DNA of 56,842 nt from an uncultured Syntrophaceae bacterium. Lineage in GTDB: Bacteria; Desulfobacterota; Syntrophia; Syntrophales; UBA2210. A program made the translations under genes and the position numbers. Under the pieces are notes generated by a model. That model searched no databases. It saw only the letters and a list, made by a program, of their open reading frames with translations, and had not been told where the DNA came from. Position 1 is the first letter of the stretch, and each line of letters starts with the position of its first letter. Below, piece by piece: positions 26,022 through 33,912 of the stretch. The DNA lies in the NCBI GenBank assembly GCA_964571315.1, contig CAZNBR010000003.1, positions 1 through 56,842 on the forward strand, written 5' to 3'.

Positions 26022-27965
26022 ATGGGACTCACAGACCCAAGAACCGAAGAATTGTTGAAGCGCGCCAGGGAAATCACCCGGTCGCAGGACCAGGTTGTGA
26101 CTCCTGCACCAGACGAGAAGGAACTTGCCGAACGCGAGGAGGCCGCGAAAGCATACGCGGGCGAACAGGAAAAGCACTTCGTCGATTATCTGCAAGACTG
26201 CGTGAAACAATCGACGACTTCTATGGAGGATATCCGCTCGACTCAACTGGCCTGCTACGACGTCTATAAGGAAAACCGTCCCGTCTCTTACAGTAAAAAA
26301 GAGCCCTGGCAGTCGCAGATCGTCATTCCGAAGCCATTCGCAACGGTTCAGTACGGCGCGGCAGCGGTAAAAAAAGCATTCACGCCAAAGTTTCTCACCG
26401 TCCGTAATCCGAAAGATGAACGCGCCGGAAGGTTCTGGCAGAAAGTGATGGACGATCAATTAAACGAACAGGCAGCGAATTTTCAAATCCGGTTCACCGA
26501 CGCAGTGACGATGTCGCTTGCAATCGGCGTCTCGATGGAGATGATTCCACGTTTTGTGCCTGGACGTGGGCTTGAGTATTGCCTGGTAGAGCCGTGGAAG
26601 ATCCACCGCGATCCGGATTCGATGAGCCGCGACAATCAGTCCGGCATTTACTGGATCCACCAGGAATACCTGGATTGGTACATCCTGAAGGAAGGCGAAA
26701 GAAAAGGGCAGTATCGCAAAGTGGATCGCAGTATCGAAGAGACAGCAACCACCAGCGATGACGCTTTCTTGTCGAAGGAGGCAATCGCAGAGCGTAAAAA
26801 GCAGATCTGGCAGCGATCCGACTTCCGCAAGATGGTTCAGGTATCCGAGTTCTGGGGCACGATTCTGGGACCGAAGGGCGAGCTCTTGCTGCCTAATGCG
26901 CGCTATACCGTCGCCGGTGGCCGGGTAATCCGTCTTCCCGAGAAAAATACTTACAATACGCTACGCTGGCCCGGGTGCGCTTTTTCTCCCATGCCCGATC
27001 TTCTCTGTTTTGGTGGCCGCGGACTTTTGGAGGGGATTCTGACTGTGTGGGAGGCGATGTGCAACATCATGTGTCTGCACCAGGACTATCTGCTCTGGAT
27101 CGTCAATCCCATGCACGAGATCAATATCGACGCGCTGGACAACCCCGCTGACGTCAAGACCTACCCCGGCAAAGAATACCTGACCCGCGACACCATGCAC
27201 GGTCAGCAGGCGGTCCGGTCCGTTCAGAGACGCTTTGTCACGAACGAAATCCTGGCCAATTTGCAGTACCACGACCAGAACTTTCAGAGAGGGTCGCTCG
27301 TCACCGACAGCGTCCAGGGCCTTCCCGGCTTCCGGAAAGACATGACCTACCGGGAATCGGCGCAGAACCTCGACCAGGCGCTGGGCGTCTATTCTTTGAT
27401 GGGCGAGAACATCGAGGCGGGCGCTATTGCTGCAATCTGCGCGGGCGCGGAGATGATCTATCATCATGCCGGATTCTCCGATTATCAACGGATTTTCACG
27501 GAAAAAGAACTTGCAGAGTTTGGGATTGTTCCCGATGCATCCGCTCCGAATGGCGTAAGCGGCGTCCCGCCTATCGACGGTGCATTCCATGTCAGCGGAA
27601 TGCAGGCACTCATGCGAGAGAATGAGGCGTTGATGAACATCCGGACGCTTATCCTGCCTCTGCTGGCTCAGGGGAATACCATCTTTGCCCCCTATCTGAA
27701 ACCCTATGAGATACTGAAGGCCATCGAGACCCGGACGAATCTCCGCGACGAGAACATCGTCGTGGATGAAAAAGAGGCCAAACAGATTCTGGCGGCGCAG
27801 TACGAACAATTGGCCGCGCAGGCGAAGACTGCCGCAAATCAGCAGGATATCGCCGAGGCCTCCCAGGCCGCTGACCTGATGAGTAAAGTGGACCAGCTGG
27901 CCGGACTGCCTACGGGATCCGCGCAGGCACCCGACGCACTGAGAGGGGGAGATATCAATGCATAA
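26022..27965 (+). CDS. Portal protein (P22-like podovirus type)
   Basis: ~647 aa between terminase and scaffold/capsid, with WQSQIVIPK, VEPWKIHRDP and VSEFWG. Confidence 0.8.
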   Translation: MGLTDPRTEELLKRAREITRSQDQVVTPAPDEKELAEREEAAKAYAGEQEKHFVDYLQDCVKQSTTSMEDIRSTQLACYDVYKENRPVSYSKKEPWQSQIVIPKPFATVQYGAAAVKKAFTPKFLTVRNPKDERAGRFWQKVMDDQLNEQAANFQIRFTDAVTMSLAIGVSMEMIPRFVPGRGLEYCLVEPWKIHRDPDSMSRDNQSGIYWIHQEYLDWYILKEGERKGQYRKVDRSIEETATTSDDAFLSKEAIAERKKQIWQRSDFRKMVQVSEFWGTILGPKGELLLPNARYTVAGGRVIRLPEKNTYNTLRWPGCAFSPMPDLLCFGGRGLLEGILTVWEAMCNIMCLHQDYLLWIVNPMHEINIDALDNPADVKTYPGKEYLTRDTMHGQQAVRSVQRRFVTNEILANLQYHDQNFQRGSLVTDSVQGLPGFRKDMTYRESAQNLDQALGVYSLMGENIEAGAIAAICAGAEMIYHHAGFSDYQRIFTEKELAEFGIVPDASAPNGVSGVPPIDGAFHVSGMQALMRENEALMNIRTLILPLLAQGNTIFAPYLKPYEILKAIETRTNLRDENIVVDEKEAKQILAAQYEQLAAQAKTAANQQDIAEASQAADLMSKVDQLAGLPTGSAQAPDALRGGDINA

Positions 27966-28323
27966 TTCCGGCGTCAAAGTCGATCCTATGACCGGCAGGC
28001 CGATGGAACAGGTGACGGCCGAAAAAAGTGACACAGCGACGAAACAACAGGAAGCCATGCTCAAGGAGCAGGCGGACTGGTTTGATGTGACAAAGACCGA
28101 AGCGGGTTCGAAAATCATCGCGCTGGTCGAGGGAAAACTGACTGCCCGGATTGATACGCTGATCAAGGACGATCCCGAGGCCTCGGCCTACGTGAAGATT
28201 CTCCAGGAGATGGGCATCAAGGAAGGACTCGCCCGAGCGGCGACACAACAGCTTTTTGACCGGTATGTAAAACTGAGAACAACGGCCCCCGGAAACCGGG
28301 AACACGCCGAAATGGGAGGATAG
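27958..28323 (+). CDS. Hypothetical protein of the head module
   Basis: Overlaps the portal stop, helical. Confidence 0.65.
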   Translation: MHNSGVKVDPMTGRPMEQVTAEKSDTATKQQEAMLKEQADWFDVTKTEAGSKIIALVEGKLTARIDTLIKDDPEASAYVKILQEMGIKEGLARAATQQLFDRYVKLRTTAPGNREHAEMGG

Positions 28324-28326
28324 GTT

Positions 28327-29322
28327 ATGCCGAAGAAAACTAACGAGGAAATGCAGACCACACCCGACCTCGACCAGGCCATGAAGGACGGGCAGATCAC
28401 GTTTGACGGGGAAAATACCGAGAACGCTGCCGCACCGTTCATACCGGGGACACCGGGTCCTGAAGAAAAACCAGAGGAAAAAGAAGAAGAGAAGCCGGAA
28501 GCAAAGATAGCACCAGAGGGTGAGTCACCGGAAGAGATTGCGGCCCGAACCAAAAAGGAGGACATGCCTCCCGAGACCGACTTCCGATTTAAAAATCACC
28601 CCGAGGCCGAAAAAGGCTACCGGGAACTCCAGGGACGGACGACCAAGGCCGAACAACGGGCGAAGGCCGTCGAAGCCGAGCTTGACCGGATCAAAAATGC
28701 CGACCGGATCAAGGCCGAAACAGAGGCCACGCGGGCAACAATCGTCGATTTTGCCGCGACACGAAAAGCGCAGGCTCTCGAAGCAATAGATGCGCTCGAT
28801 CCGGAGGATACAGAGTACCGGAAAAAAGCGGCAACCTGCCTCAGCCAGGCCGACATCGACATCTACGAACACTACCAGACCCACGGGCGCATAGCGCCTG
28901 CTGAGACTGAAACGCAGGCAAAGACAGACAGTGACACTGTCGAGATGGAGCCGGCCAGGGACTATGTAAAAAAGCAGATCGTCGGCGAGGGTTTTGACGA
29001 AAATGATCCTCTCTTTTGGCAGTATGCCGCCCGCGCGCCGATCACAGACGAAAAGGGGATGCCCACTACGCTTGATAAACAGATAGAGTGGGCTGTGTTA
29101 CAGACAAAACAATATCACAACAGTATCCGGACGAAGTTGAAGACAGAGGAAGAGACCAGGGTTGCGGCAGATGTACGAAAAAAACAAGAAGCCGACCTTC
29201 CCCTGGGCCGCGGAACTTCCGGCGGTAGAACGACCGGCGGCAGAAACGCGACTGAGGAGGAAGACAAACCCGTCAGTCTGTCCGACGCCATCGAATTCGC
29301 CCAGGATCAACGACGACTATAA
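28327..29322 (+). CDS. Scaffolding protein
   Basis: Acidic, low-complexity N-terminus, EAEKGYRELQ coiled coil, directly upstream of the capsid gene. Confidence 0.75.
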   Translation: MPKKTNEEMQTTPDLDQAMKDGQITFDGENTENAAAPFIPGTPGPEEKPEEKEEEKPEAKIAPEGESPEEIAARTKKEDMPPETDFRFKNHPEAEKGYRELQGRTTKAEQRAKAVEAELDRIKNADRIKAETEATRATIVDFAATRKAQALEAIDALDPEDTEYRKKAATCLSQADIDIYEHYQTHGRIAPAETETQAKTDSDTVEMEPARDYVKKQIVGEGFDENDPLFWQYAARAPITDEKGMPTTLDKQIEWAVLQTKQYHNSIRTKLKTEEETRVAADVRKKQEADLPLGRGTSGGRTTGGRNATEEEDKPVSLSDAIEFAQDQRRL

Positions 29323-29337
29323 CAGGAGGAACGAACC

Positions 29338-30303
29338 ATGGGCAAAACTTTTACCTGGGCACTGGACGCAGAAAGCGGCGTTTACAAGAGCCATGCACTT
29401 TCCGGCGAGCTTTTGAAGCTGGCCGCATTGAAGTTCAAAATCGTGCCATTCACGAAGAAGATAACAAAATTCGGTAAGCGTATGGGTGACACCATCACGC
29501 TGCCGTACTACAAACCGGTTGCGGAACCGACAACGGCGGAACTCACCGAAGATATCCGCATCCCGATTGATCAACTCACAATGGGCAGTTATTCGATCAC
29601 GATCAAGGAATGGGGCCGAGGCGCGGAATACTCCTCACTTGCTGAGGATCTCTCCATGCTGTCCCCGAACGAAGGGGCTCAGAAGGTTTTGAAAGACCAG
29701 ATGAATCTCTGCATGGACACGGCTGCCGCGGCCGCATTTACCGGCACCCACGCCAAGATATGTTTCATCCCGACCAGTCTCACTGGAGGGACGATGGATA
29801 CTGACGGAACTCCGTCAACAGCGGCTCTCGTGAACCTGACCAAGGACCACCTCGGCGTGATCCGCGACTACCTGGCCAACGATATCCACACCCCGGCATA
29901 TGACGGGGATCACTACATCGGCCTCTTCGCCACGAAGGCGCTTCGCGGACTGAAGAACGACAGGGTCATCCAGGCGTTCCATATGTACTTACAGAAAGGC
30001 GACCTGCTCTATCGGGGAGAAATCGGTATGGTGGAGAATATCCGCCTCGTCGAGATCAACCACGAGAGCGCCCTGTCGAACGGAGTAGGTACCAGTAGCG
30101 TCCTCGGAGAGGGCGTGGTCTTTGGAGAGGATGCTGTCGGACGAATCGAAATCGAGTATCCCGAGCTGCGTGCACAACCGAACTTCCAGGGTGATTTCGG
30201 TCGCAGAAAAGCGGTGGCATGGTATGGAAAGGTGGCCTTCGATGTACTGTTCCAGAGCGCCACAGACCGAGAGTGCCGGATCATCAGGGTCGGGTCTTCA
30301 TAA
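29338..30303 (+). CDS. Major capsid protein (HK97 fold, N4-gp56-like)
   Basis: GDTITLP, ITIKEWG, GEIGMVENIRLVE and DFGRRKAVAWYG, with a strong RBS. Confidence 0.85.
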   Translation: MGKTFTWALDAESGVYKSHALSGELLKLAALKFKIVPFTKKITKFGKRMGDTITLPYYKPVAEPTTAELTEDIRIPIDQLTMGSYSITIKEWGRGAEYSSLAEDLSMLSPNEGAQKVLKDQMNLCMDTAAAAAFTGTHAKICFIPTSLTGGTMDTDGTPSTAALVNLTKDHLGVIRDYLANDIHTPAYDGDHYIGLFATKALRGLKNDRVIQAFHMYLQKGDLLYRGEIGMVENIRLVEINHESALSNGVGTSSVLGEGVVFGEDAVGRIEIEYPELRAQPNFQGDFGRRKAVAWYGKVAFDVLFQSATDRECRIIRVGSS

Positions 30304-30387
30304 CCGACTGAAATGCGGATAACGCCGGACGGGTGAAACCCGTCCGGATTCCATAGACCGATTGGAAGAAACAAGGAGGTACCGAAA

Positions 30388-30849
30388 ATGTTGAGATCTG
30401 ATGTTTTAATTGCACTGCCGCTGCATCTTGCGGTTGACTATGACGATGCGGCCGGGATCGACTGTGACGCTGCCGCGGTGGACAAGGGAAGTTTTGTCAT
30501 TCCCTACCGCTGCGAGGTATTTCTCGCCGGGGCCGTGGTCTGTGAAACCTGCGCAGGCGGAACGACCACCCCCATCGTTGACTTCGACCTGCGGCCAACT
30601 GCGGGCTCCGACGCGAGCAGGGGAGCGGCCGACATCGCGCACCTGATCCTTTCGACAACGGCAGCCGGGAAGGTGATGTACGACCGGGCGGCTTTGGGAA
30701 CGGTGCTCGAACCGGGCGAGGAGGTCGTCGTCGAACTCAAAGCAGCCGCGACCGGTGGTAGCGCGGCGGGACACGTCAAACCGTTTCTCCTGGTCAAGCA
30801 GATCCCCGAAGTTCTGGGGAACCTGGCCGATATGGTCGAAACTGCATAA
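30388..30849 (+). CDS. Capsid decoration-like protein, paralogue 1
   Basis: Follows the capsid gene, beta-rich, highly similar to the next gene. Confidence 0.6.
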   Translation: MLRSDVLIALPLHLAVDYDDAAGIDCDAAAVDKGSFVIPYRCEVFLAGAVVCETCAGGTTTPIVDFDLRPTAGSDASRGAADIAHLILSTTAAGKVMYDRAALGTVLEPGEEVVVELKAAATGGSAAGHVKPFLLVKQIPEVLGNLADMVETA

Positions 30850-30897
30850 TAATGCACTGAGGGGACAGTGAACCTGTCCCCTCATAAGGAGGCACAC

Positions 30898-31368
30898 ATG
30901 ATAAAAGATGACGTTTTGATTGCTTTACCGCTGCATCTGGCGGTTGATTATGACGATGCTCTGGGGATAGACACGGACCAGCCCGCGGCCGATATGGGGA
31001 CGTTCATCGTCCCATTTCGATGCGAGGTGTTCCTTGCCGGCGCTGTGGTGACTGAGGTGTGCTGCGGGGCCGATACGACTCCGGAAGTAGACTTCGATCT
31101 GCGACCGACAGCAGGGTCCGACACGGACAGGGGTGATGCCGACATCGCGCATCTGGTTCTATCGACTACCGCAGCCGGGAAGGTGATGTACGACCGGGCG
31201 GCTTTGGGAACGGTGCTCGAACCGGGAAGCGAAGTCGTCGTCGAACTCGCGGTGGCCGCAACCGACGCAGGAACCAGCCTTCAGACGGGCCATGTCAAAC
31301 CATTTTTACTGGTCAAATGTCTCCCCGAGGTCCTCGCGAATCTGGACGACCTGGTCGAGACGGCGTAA
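30898..31368 (+). CDS. Capsid decoration-like protein, paralogue 2
   Basis: TAAGGAGG RBS and ATG at 30898. Shares DVLIALPLHLAVDYDDA, RCEVFLAGAVV and GKVMYDRAALGTVLEPG with paralogue 1. Confidence 0.6.
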   Translation: MIKDDVLIALPLHLAVDYDDALGIDTDQPAADMGTFIVPFRCEVFLAGAVVTEVCCGADTTPEVDFDLRPTAGSDTDRGDADIAHLVLSTTAAGKVMYDRAALGTVLEPGSEVVVELAVAATDAGTSLQTGHVKPFLLVKCLPEVLANLDDLVETA

Positions 31369-31429
31369 ACAATCGATATATGAGGACAGTTTGACTGCCC
31401 CTATATCCACATAAGAAAGGAGCAAAACT

Positions 31430-31900
31430 ATGGCACATTTTGCCAACACCGATGTCACCGTGACCATCGCTTCCCGCGATCGGGAGATTGCAGGCGCGGC
31501 AGCGGGACGGAATATGACGATTGCGACGGTCGCCTTCGGCGACGGATCGCTGACCTACGACACAGGCGGAGTCCCGATGCCCGCAATCGGGTTGTTTGGT
31601 TTCCGCAATGAGATCAAGATGGGATTGATCGAGCAGCCCCCGGCGAACGGGTTTATCTATAAATACGACGCGGCAAACCGGACGATCAAGGTCTTCACCC
31701 AGGGTATCAGGACGGGATCGACGGCAGCAGGCGCGCCCGAAAACGGCGCCAACGTCGAGGATTCTCTGGCGGCGGAGGGTACGCCGACCATGCCAAACAC
31801 TGCGCCCGATACCACCTACGACATGGGACAGTTGATCGAGGTGCCTCACGAGACCGCGCTGGCGGCCGTGTCGCTGACGATCCTCTTTATCGGGGACTAA
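31430..31900 (+). CDS. Virion structural protein
   Basis: YDTGGVP and YKYDAAN..IKVF; small beta-rich protein in the head module. Confidence 0.6.
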   Translation: MAHFANTDVTVTIASRDREIAGAAAGRNMTIATVAFGDGSLTYDTGGVPMPAIGLFGFRNEIKMGLIEQPPANGFIYKYDAANRTIKVFTQGIRTGSTAAGAPENGANVEDSLAAEGTPTMPNTAPDTTYDMGQLIEVPHETALAAVSLTILFIGD

Positions 31901-31977
31901 CCGGAGACGGCCGGCGGGATAAGAAACGCCGGCCGCATCTCCCATTTTTTACCGCAACACAGAAAGGATACATACCT

Positions 31978-32502
31978 ATGGCACAGACACTGTATGTCAA
32001 AAATCCGGATGGAGGACAACGCGCGGTGCAGATTATCCGCTCCTGGGGAACCAGCGGCGGGACATCCGTTTACCTGCACAGCAACGGGCGTTATGCCTAC
32101 AAGGATGGGACACCGCTCAAGTCAGAGAATGAGTTTGACATTTTACCGTTAGTCCAACGCGAGGCCGCAATCGCCTGGTGGAACCGGGCCGGAAAAAACG
32201 AGTCAGCCGCATACTACGAAGGCCGGCTTCAAAAAGCACGCGAAGCCGCGGGCGATTTCCGGCAGGAAGTAAAAAACACCGACGAGCTTGAAGCGGTTCT
32301 GTATATCCGGCGCAAGTCCGGGGCGAAGAAGACCGTCGCAGCCACTGCACCCCACACGTGGATGGAATGGTTCAAGACCAGGCCGGACTGGTGGGGACAG
32401 GCGCATACGATCGCTTTTTTGGACTACGCATATGAGATGGTCGTCCATGTGGAAACCGAAACCAATCCCGTAGAGTCGGGGCCTGCGGCAACAGAGGAAT
32501 AA
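31978..32502 (+). CDS. Hypothetical protein
   Basis: 174-aa ORF with RBS in the structural operon. Confidence 0.6.
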   Translation: MAQTLYVKNPDGGQRAVQIIRSWGTSGGTSVYLHSNGRYAYKDGTPLKSENEFDILPLVQREAAIAWWNRAGKNESAAYYEGRLQKAREAAGDFRQEVKNTDELEAVLYIRRKSGAKKTVAATAPHTWMEWFKTRPDWWGQAHTIAFLDYAYEMVVHVETETNPVESGPAATEE

Positions 32503-32505
32503 CCG

Positions 32506-32670
32506 ATGTCCGGACCCATAACCGATCTTCCTCTCTATGTCTGCCGGTGGTGCAAGACCAGGTACCTGGTGGATACGAGGATGTACGAAGACCCGGAACG
32601 CTGCCCGAAATGCGGCAGGATGCCGGGAGAAGGTGAACCAGAAAAAGGAGAAGACAATGTCGAAAGCTAA
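32506..32670 (+). CDS. 54-aa zinc-ribbon protein
   Basis: MSGPITDLPLYVCRWCKTRYLVDTRMYEDPERCPKCGRMP... (CxxC-x16-CxxC). Not in the ORF track. Confidence 0.55.
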   Translation: MSGPITDLPLYVCRWCKTRYLVDTRMYEDPERCPKCGRMPGEGEPEKGEDNVES

Positions 32671-32944
32671 AACAATAATGGAGAGAGACGATGAGCCTAC
32701 GATCGCTCACTTCAATTTCAGAGATAAGGGTAAGGTCCAGCCGAAAGGGTACATCGGCCTGGGGATCGACCAGGAGGTTACGGTGACGATCAAGGGTAAG
32801 GTAAAGCAGATCGGAAGCTCCTGGGATAGCGGAGCCCAATTCTCGGTGGAGATAGCAGACTGCGAGATCTCAGTCCCGGCAAATAACCCCGTATCGCTCT
32901 CTGCAGCCATCGATGAGGCGGGGAAAAAACGCAAGAAAATCTAA
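32657..32944 (+). CDS. Small protein with scaffold-like C-terminal motif
   Basis: AAGGAG RBS and ATG at 32657. Ends PVSLSAAIDEAGKKRKKI. Confidence 0.65.
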   Translation: MSKAKTIMERDDEPTIAHFNFRDKGKVQPKGYIGLGIDQEVTVTIKGKVKQIGSSWDSGAQFSVEIADCEISVPANNPVSLSAAIDEAGKKRKKI

Positions 32945-32971
32945 CCAAGCGAGAGGAGACGGTGAAATAAC

Positions 32972-33880
32972 ATGGACGGTATCCACCTGACCCAGGAAGT
33001 ACTTGATTGTATCGATACCGACGCGGTGTCGATACTATACGCAAACCAGCGCCGGATCTATGAATGCCTGGATCAGGCCGCGGCCATGTACTGCCGTGAG
33101 ACCAAAATCCTGCATGGGTCAGTCGATATCGCCACAGTCGCCGGTCAGCAGGTTTACGATCTGCCTCCAGATTTTATCGAACTGTACCTTAAAGACCGGA
33201 GAGAGAGATACTGTCTCAAATACAGTCATGGAACCGATGTCTCATGGCCCGTAAGCGACACCTACGAGAACATCGTACTGGCCAACCTTACAGACAGTCA
33301 AGACTGGCCAAACCGCTTTGCCATTATTGATAAACCCGCAAGCTCCGCCTTGATCACCGGCACGGCCACAGCGCCTGGCGCGCTGGCTGGCGGGCAATGC
33401 GTCCTTTCTGACGGCACCAAACTTTTTTTGACGACAAACAAAGTTTATCCGAGGGATATCATACACAACACTGCCGGTGCATCGAACGGATATGTTCTAT
33501 CCGTTTCCGAAGCGACGCAACTTGTGACAGCCCTGTTCGGATCTGCAGGAGCCGCGGGAGATTGGACATTGTCCGATGCGTATGTAATCCAGCCTGCAGC
33601 AGTGAAGTCTCTGATCCTCGATGCGCCATCGGCAAACGATGGGGACACAATCACCGTGCACTATATCTGCATGCCCAACCCCGTTTATTCAGATTACGGT
33701 TTCTGGCGATTTCCTTCACGAGTTTGCAAAGCCATCGCGTATGGTGCCGCATCAATTTTTAAAACCGGGAAAAAAGAATATTCCGATGCCGGGCAGATCG
33801 GAGGTTTCTTCGCTTCGGAAATTAAACTCACCAGATCCGAGATAGCCCGGCAGGCTCTCTATGAGTCCCGGCGTGGATAA
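32972..33880 (+). CDS. Head-tail adaptor-like protein
   Basis: TVAGQQVYDLPPDF motif and a helical C-terminus (AIAYGAA), upstream of the nozzle gene. Confidence 0.65.
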   Translation: MDGIHLTQEVLDCIDTDAVSILYANQRRIYECLDQAAAMYCRETKILHGSVDIATVAGQQVYDLPPDFIELYLKDRRERYCLKYSHGTDVSWPVSDTYENIVLANLTDSQDWPNRFAIIDKPASSALITGTATAPGALAGGQCVLSDGTKLFLTTNKVYPRDIIHNTAGASNGYVLSVSEATQLVTALFGSAGAAGDWTLSDAYVIQPAAVKSLILDAPSANDGDTITVHYICMPNPVYSDYGFWRFPSRVCKAIAYGAASIFKTGKKEYSDAGQIGGFFASEIKLTRSEIARQALYESRRG

Positions 33881-33912
33881 AAAAAACTGATCTCAGACGT
33901 GGATGAAGACAT

